Shown here piece after piece: positions 11,453-24,370 of a DNA stretch of 64,000 nt. The notes beneath the pieces were generated by a model. The model ran no database searches, was not told where the DNA came from, and was given only the letters and a program-made list of their open reading frames with translations. A program made the position numbers and the translations under genes. Every line of letters starts with the position of its first letter. The stretch's first letter is position 1. Origin of the DNA: Squalus acanthias (Eukaryota); NCBI GenBank assembly GCA_030390025.1, contig CM059432.1, positions 95,482,001 through 95,546,000 on the forward strand, read 5' to 3'.

Positions 11453-13504
11453 GGCCTAGAAATTAGATATGGCCAAAAAAACGGGCAATGCTAAGGCCCA
11501 ACTATGTTAAACTGCGGCAGGTCAAAATGGTCTAGGTAGCACGCAATATTCATGCTCAATCCTCATTAACATGATTATAGTCTTGATCTCAGTGCTGAAA
11601 CTGCTGCTCATTGGCATACCACTCAACAGGTGGGCCAATATCGGGTCCAGTCTAATTCCCAGTCATGTTTGGCACAGGCTTTATTCAGTACTTAAAGGGA
11701 AGGTTACAGCACCTCATTGTCAATCCAGTTACAACTTCACCTGAAGAAGATGGCAGTGGAAGCACATGGCGGAGCCTCAGCACAGGCAGAGAGCCCACAG
11801 ATTCTCAGACGCGGCTCTTGAGGCAGTGGTGGTGGGCGTGGAGAGGAGGCAGGCTGTCTTCTTCCCACAGACTGGCAGGAACCCCTTGCTACTTAAATCC
11901 CAAAGGCTCTGGCAGGAGATAGTCGCTTATGTGACGGCCAGCTCTGTGGTCCCCAGGTTGGCGATCCAGTGCTGAAAAATGTTTAATGACCTCACACGGC
12001 AGGTCAAGGTGAGTGAAGGCTTCAGCAAATGTCATTTCCCACCATCTTCACCACAAGCCTCACACACTGCTCAATGCACCACACCCCCAGCACTCACCTA
12101 CCAACAATCTCTAGCTATTTCTACTCACACCTCACAATCAGACCTTCACATCACCCTCACAATATTATCACTGCTTCACCACTCACACCCACATCTCACA
12201 CCTTGCACACACTGACAGCTATTCAACTATGACAGGCATATCACCCAAACACATTGCTCCACACTCACTCACACACTTCCCTTTCTCTTGCAGGCCAAGG
12301 TCACGCATAACAGGAGGGAGCAGCGGCAGACAGGCCAGGAGGGCAGGCTGCTATCCAGGACTTCAGCCAACTGGAGGAGAGAGTGCTGGAGATCATTGGG
12401 CGGCAGATCATGGAGGCCGTGGCCACCGGTGAGGTTTAGCCCCTTGGAGACAACAACGGTATGCTCATTCCTAATCCTTCTTCTCACATCCCACTACCCT
12501 CTCATCCCACAATCTCTTCTCACTTTCAAGCTGCTGATGCTGTATGCATGCATATCTTGCTTCCCCCCACCCTCCCACTCCCCTCACCATAACTCAACTC
12601 TTGTGCCTTGCTGCTTTCAGCTAATCAAGACCAAGCACCCAAGGCGATGCAGGAGAGGGAGGGGGGAGAAGAAGAAGACACAATGTCACTGCATCTGTCA
12701 CTCGCAGACACTAACTCAGAAACTGACAATGCGTGTACTTTAGAGGGTAATGTAGAAACGGGATCCGCACAGGGTGAGGCACCGGGCACAAGCGGGCTGC
12801 AGCAAGGCCAGGGGGGAAGGGTAGTCGGGGCCCAGCTCCCCGGAGGGCGAGTTCGTGTGCGAGTTCTGCTGCACAGGACTCAGATGAGGACCTCGATAGG
12901 GCAGCCTTCAGAAGAAGGGTGATGGGCATGCACACCGAATTGCTAGGTGCAATGACAAGCCTGCCTGGAGCGTGAGGGGGACTGCCAGTAGAGTCCCCAT
13001 GACTGTGAGCTAGTGTTGTGAGCAGAAACCTTTAAATAAGAATGAAGGCGTTCTCCACTTGCCCCAACACTCCCTGTTACCATAGAACCTTGAAAGAAGT
13101 TAATAAAGCTGCTGGAGTTGCAGAAAGTTGCACAGAGCCAGTCAAACTGGACAAACATGTCAGCTGCAAGTTGTTGCTGATGATCCCTTTAAATATCACT
13201 GCTGGAGCCTCCTTCCTGCTTGTCAATGTTTGCTCAGCTCATCGCACTTAAGGCATGCCGGTAAGTGGAGCGGCAAAGTCGAAACTCGCAGATCGGGCAT
13301 CAAGTGAGCGTTGCACATGCTCACTGATGTCACGATCTGCATAATCTCCATAATTTTGGCAAGTGCCGTCACGGCAGTGCTGCCAGCCATCCAAAAATGG
13401 CAGCCGCCGCGGGTCCCACTGGCAGTGACGGAAGAGCGACGGCCGCCATTTTTTCCCTGAATCTGGCGTTGACGAGTGGCGCTAAACCCCCGAATTTCTA
13501 GGCC
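11453..13504 (+). mobile_element. Non-autonomous PIF/Harbinger element retaining a Myb/SANT-like gene
   Basis: TIRs GGCCTAGAAATT / AATTTCTAGGCC. Same family as 42753-47472 (opposite orientation) and 51663-52997. The transposase is deleted just after its start region near 13000. Confidence 0.88.
11766..12970 (+). pseudogene. Three-exon Harbinger Myb/SANT-like DNA-binding protein, disrupted
   Basis: Exon 1 (11766-12008): RFSDAALEAVVVGVERRQAVFF ... WQEIVAYV ... QC*KMFNDLTRQVK|GTGAGT. Exon 2 is 12294-12458; exon 3 starts at 12621 and is acidic. Premature TGA at 11973-11975. Confidence 0.8.
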
Positions 13505-15077
13505 CTTGATTTTTACTAGATTTTTTAAATTAATATGATGGACCAAAGCCCAACATGGAGGACAGCAGCAAGTTTGAAAAAAATGTAGGATATAAGATAA
13601 GATAAATCAAGAAGTAGTGGTTGGGTCTTGCCAAATGATCATGTAAAGCCCTATGAATGAATTGATGCACAATAATTTTGGAACAAAAACGTGTTTAGTT
13701 GCCATTGAGATGACATTGCCCACTGAAGGAAAAACATACTTTGTCTTCCTTTTTTTTTACTGCACATAATTCAGCCACCCCTTTGCAAACATACACAGAA
13801 CATGGTCCTCTGTGATATTGTAAAGTGAAAATGGACAGAATAGAGCCAGCTCTTCAGATCTGTGAGATAAGTGTTTTAATGAGCACTTCAGATAAGTGCA
13901 TCTTAGGTACTTCATCTTTTTAAATGTAAACATCTTCAGCAGATTAATTGGAGTTAACATTTGCAAGTTTTCTGAGCAGACTGGCTCATGTCTAAGCGAA
14001 AGTGATGATTGTTTACCATCAAGTAAATTATGTCAAAACATTGTAACGACTATGTGAAAAGTATTATAATCACAGTGCCTCCTTTTCTTCTTTATTTGAA
14101 AAGTCTGTGCCTATATACAATAGCACTAGTCAGAAGGGTTCTGCATCATTGATTTTACATGCACCCAGAAGGATTTGCATTGATTTTTTTCAAGCCAGTT
14201 AATTATGTAATTGCGGTAAAAGTTCACAACGCTTTCTTGTTCTATCCCTTGCTATGAGTTTGTAGTTGACAACAAAAAGGAAATTATTGAAATGACAGCA
14301 GATAACACTCAAGCATCTGATAAACGGATTTGATGTTTTTCCAAAAAATGTTTCTTGTCATTTTGTTAACTAAACCTGCTAAAGTTTACTTTTTTTTAAA
14401 GTACATTGATGCATCACTCTCTGCCACATAACGATACAACAAGACCTTGTGCCCACAATTGCCCATACACTCATGTTGTTGCAGAGAATTAAAACCTGAA
14501 CTGCCTTAGCCATTCTCACATATCTCACTGCAGCCAATCAAGAGTGACAGAGGGATAAGAATGGGAGCAAGCCTCTCGTTCATTGTCTCAGCTGGGAAAT
14601 GGTACAGGGATGAGATAAAACCAAAAAGAATGCTGAGATCATAAAAACACAATAAAAAGGAGAAAAAATGGCATTGGGTGACTTTTCTTGACATACATGT
14701 TTCAAATATATTTGCAATTCACGATTTCAAATGTGAAGTACCCAAATCTCCCTTCATTGATTTAACGGCATAGTGTAAAGAGCTGTTGGGATCATAGACC
14801 CACTAAAATCTGATTTTGTGCATGTTTGTCAGATTAACGGAAAACAGGAAGCCAGTCCCCATGTTAGCACTTTGGATCCCCACATTACACTGTGGATTCC
14901 AGCAGTGGTACAGAGACTGGCAGCCTGCTTCCAAAAAGCAAGGGTTTAGCCCATTAAAGTCACTGTCCTGAAACATGATCCCAGAACAAGTGCAAAAATA
15001 CCGTTAGATATGAAGCTCAGTCATTGCAGTCATGGGATAAAGATAATTCCCAATAGGTTCCCAGCATATATCACTAA

Positions 15078-15512
15078 GTGTCAGCCTTGGCATGCTCACC
15101 TCTGAGTCAGAAGATTGTGGGGTCAAGCCCCACTGCAGAAACTTTAGTACCTCATCTAGGCTGACACTTCAGTGCAGTACTAGGGAGTGTTGCACTGTCG
15201 GAGGGGCTGTCCTTTTGATGAGATGTTAAACTGAGGTCCTGTCCACCCTTCTGTTGGACATAAAAGATCCTCAGAAGAGCAGGGCAGTTCTCCTAGTGTC
15301 TTGGCCACTATTTATCCCTCAACCAACATCAGTAAAACAGATTATCTGGTCATTATCGCATTGCTGTTTGAGGAACCTAGTGTTTAATTGGCTCCCGCAT
15401 TTCCCCACATTACAAAGTTATTCTACTTCAAAAGTACTTAATTGGCTATAAAGCTGTTTAGGACACCATGAGATCACGAAAGGTGCTATATATAACGTTT
15501 TTTATTTCTTCT
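15078..15512 (+). mobile_element. DeuSINE-type tRNA SINE
   Basis: tRNA-like head CTCTGAGTCAGAAG ... GGGTCAAGCCCC, core CAGTGCAGTACT ... AAAAGATCC, tail GAAAGGTGCTATATATA. Confidence 0.8.
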
Positions 15513-16099
15513 TTATTATTGATTGGAAGCAGGAGTTTATTCAATTAAATGTAAGTTGTCTATACATAACATCAACTGTGAAGCAAAATGCACTGACATC
15601 ATGGTTCTGCTCTTTGTATCTTTCCAACACCATTTCAAATCCCTGTTATAGCTATCTGTGATTACACTGTTGTTACCCCAACTAATATAAAAATCAGTAA
15701 AAAGAGTATCTGAATACCAGGTCAAGTGTTTACTAAAACAATAAAAATATAAAAGAGAAAGGGTATAAATAAAATAGGGGAGTAAACTTTGCATCACTAA
15801 CTTAAATTTCACTTATATTTTGAGATGAACTGCACAATTCAATTGTATTTTTGTTAATAATGACGTACAAGGTCATATAAACCAGTGAACAAAATATTTC
15901 AGCCCCCATACCAGTTTCTCCAGGTGCATTTCTGTATCGAATCACAATTTTAATATATTGTGACAGCTATAATCTGAAAGCTTCAGTACACTGTACAAGG
16001 CATCATATAGCTAGCACCTTTGGGGGTACCATTTCATAATTTTTGATGAAACTTTGCTGCAAATATTCTTGAATGGGATATTGTGGAGAACCCGCTGGT

Positions 16100-16290
16100 A
16101 TCTGAGTTCAAATCTAGGCCAGAATGCTGGGATGAAAATCACCTCTCTCTGCCAGCCATAAATGTCTTCCATGAAATTAATTTTGTGTGTGCCAATCCAT
16201 TTCTAGTGTGGGTCTACAAGCTGTCTACAATTTGGCACAGATTTGTAGTAAATTAACAATCTTACTCAGAAGATGGCTGTGTGGCTCATG
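16100..16290 (+). mobile_element. Ancient LF-SINE-like tRNA SINE fragment
   Basis: B-box GAGTTCAAATC (16104-16114), then ATGAAATTAATT ... CAATCCATTTCTAGTG ... ACAATTTGGCAC, resembling the LF-SINE body as recalled. Confidence 0.4.
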
Positions 16291-18394
16291 TAGGATATTT
16301 AACCTATTTTTATACTAGACCTACACGGGCGCTAGTGCCACTGGGTTCCGACATACGAGTCTTCACAAGATCACAAGAACCCCATCTGGAGTACAGTGTT
16401 CAGTTTTGGACACTGCAACTCAGGAAAAATATATTGGCCTAGGAGGGAGTACGGCGCTGATTAAGAGAATGATGAAAGGGTTAAATTATGAGGACAGTTT
16501 GCATAAACTTTGTTTGTATTCCCTGGAGTTCTGAAAGTTGAGGAGTGGTTAAGATGTTTTCTTCCCATCAAAAAAAAGGGGCAATGAAATTAACAATGAA
16601 ATCTTTTTTGAAGCGTCTGCTGTCGCTTATTGGGGGACCCTTTATTTAGCTTTTAGAGAAAGATGCATCAGATTTATGCTGGGGGAAATTGAAATGACCA
16701 AGGAGGAATCAACTCACCTGCTGAGCTGGAGTTAACTAAACGATGGAACAGTTAAACTTGTTGTCAGTGTATCTGTTCAACACTGATTTTAAAGAAATTG
16801 TTACATTAACTAGTTCATTGTGAAGGTTAGTGGGAGCACTGCCTGGGAACAGAGGCTCCACCAGAAACTCGGGAGGCGAGAGTGGGGGGTAACACTCCCA
16901 GTCAAATAGTACACAGATGAACATTATATGAGTGCTTTCAGTGTTTGTTGTCTGCTGATACCATCAAAAGTAATTTCTGGGCTATAATCTTAAAGTTAAA
17001 TATCATGACAGAGGTTAAATGTTTCGATTTTAAAACAACTCCATAGCTAGAAAAAAGTATATTTTATAATTAAAAATATAAATTATTGAATGAAAGTAGC
17101 ATTTGTTAAACTACACAAGCTGTGACAGTCCTCAACTGTGTGCACAGAATGCTGCACATTGGTATGTTTTATACACAGTTATGCCCAGTAACTACATTCA
17201 TAGGAAATTCCTCACAAAGAGAGGAAATAGGACTCTTTCTTGGGAGAAATGAGTGTTTAAGCTACTTCACTCTCGGCACTGATGCCCAGGGGAGATAAAA
17301 CATGAGAAAAGACCTCCAGTTCCTCTTCTACATTGTTGTTCTTTGTGGTTTGCCCTCAGCCTGAATTGCTGCTCACAGCTTCAGCGCTGGCTCTGTCAAT
17401 GCAACAGAAGAGATTAAAATACAAACAAGTTCATAAATGTTTACAATAGAAAATGTCATGATGTGTTTGGGGATTTAATAATTTTTTACATTAGCATATT
17501 TTGACCCTCTGTGTTCTGTTTGCTGAATATGTGGTGAGAAGGAAGCTGTGAAACAGCTGATTATTACTGCACTAAGTCTGGTACATCAATCAGTCATTGT
17601 GAAAATAAAAACAGAAAGGGAAGCATGCATACACCAAATCATAAATTACACTGCCTTTAAGTCATTGTAATTTCAAACCATGGAGTGCTAAACTTCCTTT
17701 TGAATTTATTTTCCCTAATTCTTTAAGCAGGAAATTCTCATCTTGCCAAATAATTAATGGTTGGAAGGATTACGGAATGTGGTGCTGCTATTCCACGGCA
17801 GTCTTTCAACGGGTTCTGCAAGAGACAGACTTTTTTTAAACCAAAAATAAAGCAAATGCAAAACTTTAGTATGAATCCAATGCACTATTCTCCTCAAAGT
17901 AATTCAGTTTGCTTCTTCAAAGTAAGATTTGTGTGGTTCAGTTACCATCCTCATGTTAATTTCACCTGATTGGATAATTATATGTTAATGAAGCATAAAC
18001 ATTACAGCCTAAAAAAATCCTGAATGTGAACAAATTGGGTATAAATTATGTAATTCGATGCTTCCACTATCTGGATTCAAATGACCGTTTACTTCCGATA
18101 CTCAGGAATTGAATATGTTGCAGCCCCACTGGGAGCACAGATCAGGAATTCAGATACACGTACCTCATAGTTTTCCATCAATTCATTGCATAGGACAAAC
18201 AATCATGAAAGGTGAGCACCTGAATTCCTGAAATTCAACACAAATGGAAATTTATAAAATTACCCTCGGGTCCATGATATGGGATAAAATTAGCAAACAC
18301 TTAGAAAGGCATGGGCTAATCATGGGCAATCAGCATGGATTTGTAAAAGGCAGGTCCTGCTTGACTAAATTAATATTTTGAGGAAATCACAGTG

Positions 18395-18890
18395 AGAAAA
18401 CCAAATGTACTTATATAGTACCTTTCACATCCCAAAGTTCTTCTCAGACAATATATAACTTTTGAAGTGTAGTCACTGTTGTTTTGTAGGCAAATGCAAC
18501 AGACAATTTTCACAGAGCAAGGTCCCTCAAAAAGCAACAAGATTATTTGATTTTAGTGGTGTTGGTGGAGAGATAAATCTTTGCCAGGACACCGGAAGAG
18601 CTCATAGGAACTTAGAAACAGGAGTAGGCCATTCAGTCCTTCAAGCCATCGTATTAGATCTTCATTGATCTATACCTCAGCTCCCTTTACCTGCCCTTCT
18701 TGTCTTTGAATAGTGGCATGGGAAGCTTTACATAACACCTGAGCAGGCAAACGGGGACTTGGTTTAATGTCTCACCCAAAAGATAGCACTGTTGATAATG
18801 CAGGTCTTCCTCAGTACTGCACTGAAATATCAGCCTAGATTACATGCTGAAGTCCTGGAGTGGGGCTTCAATCCACAAACCTCAGAGGTG
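18395..18890 (-). mobile_element. DeuSINE-type SINE containing a short CR1 3' tail (about 18603-18700)
   Basis: Reverse-complement match to 15078-15512; CATAGGAACTTAGAAACAGGAGTAGGCCATTC is a minus-strand CR1 terminus. Confidence 0.65.
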
Positions 18891-19706
18891 AGCGAGTAAC
18901 GGATTCAACTAGTCATTCCTCTCATTACTGTTTTCGGGAACTCAGTCACTTAACTTTAAGTGGGTGCATCCCTTTTAATTTTCACACAATGTCATGTCAA
19001 CAACATGTGATTCACACTCCCCCCTGCCCCCCATAAACTCATGTGGTGAAATGAAAAGCCAGGTTTGGAAGAGAGGGCCCTCAAATCCGAACGCCACTTT
19101 TACTTCCATATCAATAAGTTGCTCAAAACAAAAATGTGTTTGAGACTGACACAGGCCTGCAACTTCAGCAAAGAGAAAATAGACCGAGGAACAAATTATG
19201 CAAAATAAACAAAAATCCTAAAAGAAAGAGCACTTTGATGTAATGGGGATCTATTCTGCTTTAAAGAAGCAACTCTCCAAGGGGTAAAGAAATGATCTGG
19301 TCAAAACAAGAGTGTTTACAACAACATAGCAACTGGAGCATTTTTATCTCCAGCTAGTATTGTTATTTCTGTTTTAATTGCTGTTGTCACTTGTTTGATT
19401 AAATAATAATTTGATATTATTTGAATGAAACGATTGCAATTCTTTATGAATTTTAGCAATACTAGCTGATCTTTCATGACATTGGTCATAGGTAGTCTGG
19501 GGTTTAGAACACAGTTGTAATTTTTATCTGTAAGTAAGTTTGGCCCTTTAAGGTAAGTGGTTGGGTATTCACTGTAGAACTGGTCTAAGTAGGTCCTGAG
19601 GTCAATCAAAGGCTGATTATTTTTGCTGTTGGAAGCTTCCCTAGATTGTTAGTTCAATAACCGTTCCTTGTTTTCCCAAGGTCAGAAAAAGCAACAGAAA
19701 ATAGCT

Positions 19707-22430
19707 GGCCTAGAAATTCAATCGCACCCAAAAACAGGAGCGCAGTGGGTGGGGCACGCGCCTATTAGTGTTGTCCCAGGCAGCACATAATATCCAAGCT
19801 GCCAATTATCATGACTCAGGCATGCATGATAAGTGTTACCCATGGTTTTCATTAACTGCACACCTGTTTGGAGGACTGGATATCTCTGATGCCGCTTAAA
19901 GACAGCCAGCATCTCTTAAAGAGAAGGTGTACACTGGATGCAGTCACCAGAGAAAAACTTCTGAACAGAGAATTGGCTGCAGCAAGCACTGAGAGGGCAA
20001 CAAGGTTCTCTGATGCTGCCTTGGAAGCCCTGATGCAGGAGGACAGGAGAAGGGAGATCCTTTTCTCCCCAGGGGCCAGAAAGCCCTCCAGGCAACAATT
20101 CTATTGCCAGTGGGAAGACGTCGCTGAGGAGGTCAATGCCAGGAGCTTAGCTCCAAGAACATGCCTTCAATGCCGAAAGAAGTTGAATGACCTCACCAGA
20201 GGTGCCAAGGTAACAATTCTGCTCTCTTACTCGCTGCTCATACCTCCACCACCTCCAGCCTCACTATTCATAATACTCCCCTCCCTGCTTCCCTTCACTC
20301 TCCTACAATCACTGCACCACACTTCACTACACATCCTTTTCCTGCCTTCTTTCTTGCAAGAGAAGGTCCTGCACAACTCCTGACAGGAATCTGCCACCGG
20401 AGGAGGCTTAGAGCACACGCACACCCTCTCTCCTCTCGAAGAAAACTTGCTGGCCATCATGGGCAGAGGGAGATTCATGGCCATGGAAAGTGGCAACACT
20501 GGAGGAGACATCGTGTGGGTTTTCCTCACACCTTATCCTATTTTCCCATTCTTCTATCTCACCCTACATACTCTGCAAGACAAAATGCAGATGCTTTCAC
20601 CAGCCCCTTCTCTCTCCCTGCTCTACCTTTACACTAAAAGCTAAGCCTTGTTCCTCTCTTCCATTTCAGGTGCTGTAAATGTGGAGACAACTCTGCCACT
20701 TCAGGAAGAGGAGGGCAGCCTTCCTGAAGTTGCAGCATCACTCAATCTCAACCTCGCAAGCACCAACTCAGATATTGGCACCACATAAACTTTAGAGGCT
20801 AGGCTAGAGGAGGGGTCTTCACATTGTGAATCTCCAGGCACAAGTGTGCAAAAGCTAGGGCATGGAGATAGGATGGTACAGGTGCCAGCTCACCGGAGGG
20901 AGAGACCACATACTAGCTCTGCTGCAGAGGACTCAGATGCTGACTTCGAGGGCCCAGCCTACTGAAGAAGGCATATACCAGGAAATGCTAGCTGCACTGG
21001 GAGCTTGCGCACAATGCCACAGAGCATGGAGGAATCCAGCTCCAATGTGTCAAAGTATCACGCAGAGCATGGAGACCATTCTGTCCAATATAGACTGAGC
21101 AGTCAGCTCCAGCAATGCTATAGTGGCGCCCACCATCATGGAGCCTCTCCTGACAGCTCTCAGAGCTGCCATAGAAGCTCAGATGGCTGCCATCTTGGCT
21201 TTGGTATCACAATTGACAGGGGCTTCCAGGGCGTCCCGTCAGTCCTGCACTCTGTTTATGCACAGCGCTGTAAGAGTGGTAAGGCGCAGTCTCAGAAGAG
21301 TAGGCTTGGCTCCATGGGAGAGGCACCTGCTGTCCTCTCAGCATGCCTGCTCCCCGCCATCCACTCTGCCAGTGCCCTTGTTAGTGGCACACTCCCAGCT
21401 GTTACATAGTGATGGAATTGAGTTGTTTGATAATTTTTTTTTGTTCTGGATTTGGTGTTAGTGTTTATATTTGTAGTGAAGTGAGGGCAAGACCCATAAG
21501 GCTGACTGAAGGAAGGCAATCGATGGTGGTAGTATGGACGGTGGCAAGGATTGCAGGATTGGTGGTGTATTGAGGATAGGAGGAATGGTTTAGGTGAAGC
21601 ACTCTTCAATGAGCTTCTGTCTGAGAGTTCCAGCAGCTAGAGTGACCACTCTTTCTCCTTGTGCTGCATTTGTTGTTGCCCAGGTGTTGGTAAAAGCTCG
21701 TCCCTTATGATGGTGAAGTTGTGCAGCACGCAACAGATGACCACAAATATTGATATCCACTGAGGGGTGTATGCAAAGATCCTCCGGAACAGTCCAGGCA
21801 GCAGAAGTATTGCTTGAGCACATTGATTGTTTGATCGATAATGTTTCTTGTGGCGGCATAGCTCTCGTTGTAGGCCAGCTGTGCTAGGGTTCCTGATAGG
21901 ATTCATGACTGGAGGAGATAGTCATGAGTACTGCAGGATTCTGGGAACGGACCTGCATGATGCGCTGCCTGAGTTGTGGCTGCAGCAGGTTACATAACTT
22001 GGTGACAGCCTCCTTTAACTGCCGCAATCTTGGACGGCCTGGCTGGGCTCTGGGTCAGATGAAGGTCGGTCCGTGGTTGTGGGCGGGTGGGGAGAGGTCT
22101 GATCCCAAGTGGGGGACCCAGAGTGGAGCGACACAGCCAGTTTAGTGGAGTCTGGAGGAACACTCCTGTTCCTCTCGGCCACACAAAAATAGAGTAAAAT
22201 TTACCTGTGGACACCGTGCAGCTCCATCCAGTACTGCTCTAAAATGGCAACTTATCTCTTTCAAGTGCTGGCTAACATGCTGTGCACTTGCAGTGGTTTC
22301 TGCTTTTACTGCATAAGCAAGGAACTGATATATTAAAAAAATCATAATATACTAATCTAACTTAATAATTTATGCTATTTGGCCAGTTTAAATCAAATTT
22401 TATTCACTAACCATCAATTCTAGTGCCATC
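19707..22430 (+). mobile_element. Decayed PIF/Harbinger element: Myb/SANT gene (+) and convergent transposase remnant (-)
   Basis: Left TIR GGCCTAGAAATT. Myb-like ERATRFSDAALEAL ... WEDVAEEVNA ... RTCLQCRKKLNDL at about 19975-20208 with AAG|GTAACA donor. Minus-strand transposase C-terminus (ISIFVVICCVLHNFTII) at about 21590-21900. The right end is degenerate. Confidence 0.8.
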
Positions 22431-22919
22431 AAAACACATGCAGCTGCACATATTTTTGCAAGCAATTTAAAGTGCCTTTGAAAGCATTATCTACTGTATG
22501 TAGAAAACTGGAAAGATAAATGTTATTATCTGGAAAGTCAAGTGGCTAATACTTATCAACCCTATACTTATCAGTCACTTATCACTCCTGCAATCCATTA
22601 TCCAAAGATCACGATATTGGCTGTGAAACACAATAGGCTAAACTTTTGCTCACCATTGCTGGTGGTGCCAGAGTAGAACAGGGTCTGGGTTGGCGTAGGG
22701 TTGGAAAATTGTTTTTTTTCAACATATTGTATAGATGGCTGATTGTTTCTGAAAAGTTTACATTTCAGAATCTGCTTTTTTCTCTTATTGAAATACCTCA
22801 GCTTTCCAGATTCACTGCAAATGCTATAACTTAAGTAGTTTACACAAGGAGCGATCACATCAAGGTTGAAAACTTTGCAGCAGAGCTTCCCTGATGCCTC
22901 AGGAAATGAATGCAACATT

Positions 22920-23180
22920 TGGTGTGGTACTGAGCTGTATCGACTATGGCTATCCCAGTTACAATGCCCAGCACTGTCTTATTGAATTGTGGTAGCATGT
23001 TGCGTGCTTCACAACTTTGCAATCAGGAAAGATCTGATGGTAGATATCAGAAGCGGGGGCTGCAAGATTTTGCTCTTCTCCACTATATCCTGTAGTGGAG
23101 AAAACAGTATTATTAACCTTGGTGTGCTAGAGCAGCATTCGATCTTAATCAGCTACTTTGTGAAACTCTTATGAGGATAG
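22920..23180 (+). pseudogene. Harbinger transposase C-terminal relic
   Basis: VVACCVLHNFAIR motif at about 22989-23030. Confidence 0.5.
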
Positions 23181-23739
23181 TGGTAGCTGGTGAAAAGATT
23201 GATGCATAGAAACATTAAATTCATGAACCCACTGAAGGCACAGACATTCCCACATCTGTATCCCCAACAGCCAGGCCAGAGTTAAAGCCAATTATAGCCA
23301 TTGCTTCCTCTTCATGTGCCGTTAAATGCTGGAGGTTGACATGTCCTTCTCCAGAGGCCTGCCATTACCTGGCATTGTTTGAATAGAATTAATTGGCTGG
23401 TACCTTCTCCGGATCCTGCAGTCACAATCAGTCAGGATTCGTGGAATGGGTGGTAGTAATGGTGGGTGGAAGGGAGTAAGGACCTAGGTTGCGATACTTC
23501 ACTGTGCTAGCATGTATTACAGGATCTAAGACACCTGACATGAGTACTGTCAAGTGATTTTGTTGCTGGGACAAAGAACATGGTGCCATGCGATACCCCA
23601 AAGTGTAATGCTGACTGCTGTGCTTAGGAATACCCAAGTGCTTTTCTGTGATTAATTACCTGCCCTGTTATTCATCTGAAAACACTTACCTTTGCTTACC
23701 TAGTGCGGTCATTAATCTCATTTTGACATTTTTGACACC

Positions 23740-24370
23740 AAGACTGCCTACTTCCACCTCCATAACATCACCCGTCCCCACCTCTGCCTTAGCTTCTCTG
23801 CTTCTGAAACCCTCATCCATGCCTTTATTACCTCTAGACTTGACTATTCCAATGCTCTCCTGGCCGAACTCCCACCTTGCACCCTCCGTAAACTTGAGCT
23901 CATCCGAAACTGCTGCCCGTATCCTAACACGCACCAAGCCTCGTTCACCCTTCACCCCTGTGCTTGCTGATCTACAATTGCTCCCGATCCAGCAAGAATT
24001 ATCATCCTTGTTTTCAAACCATTCAGGGCCTTGCCCCTCCCTATCTCTGTAACCTCCTCCAGTCCTACAACTCGCCGAGATCTCTGTGTTCCTCCAATTC
24101 CAGCCTCTTGTGCATCCCTGATTTTCATAGCTCCACCATTGGCGTCCATGCCTTCAATGCTCTGGAATTTGCTCCGCTCCTCTGCCTCACTGCCACTCTC
24201 TCCTCCTTTAAGACGCTCCTTAAAACCTACCTATTTGGCCAAGCTTTTGGCTACCTGTCCTAATATCTCCTTATGTGGCGCTGTGTTAAATTTTGTTTGA
24301 TAACACTCCTGTGAAGCGCATTAGGACATTTTACTACATTAAAGGTGCTATATAAATGCAAGTTGTTGTT
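23740..24370 (+). mobile_element. L2 LINE 3' end
   Basis: IHAFITSRLDYSNALL, AARILTRTK..SPFTPVLADLQLLPI, GLAPPYL and FKTLLKTYLF, followed by the tail AAGGTGCTATATAAATGCAAGTTGTTGTT. Confidence 0.88.
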
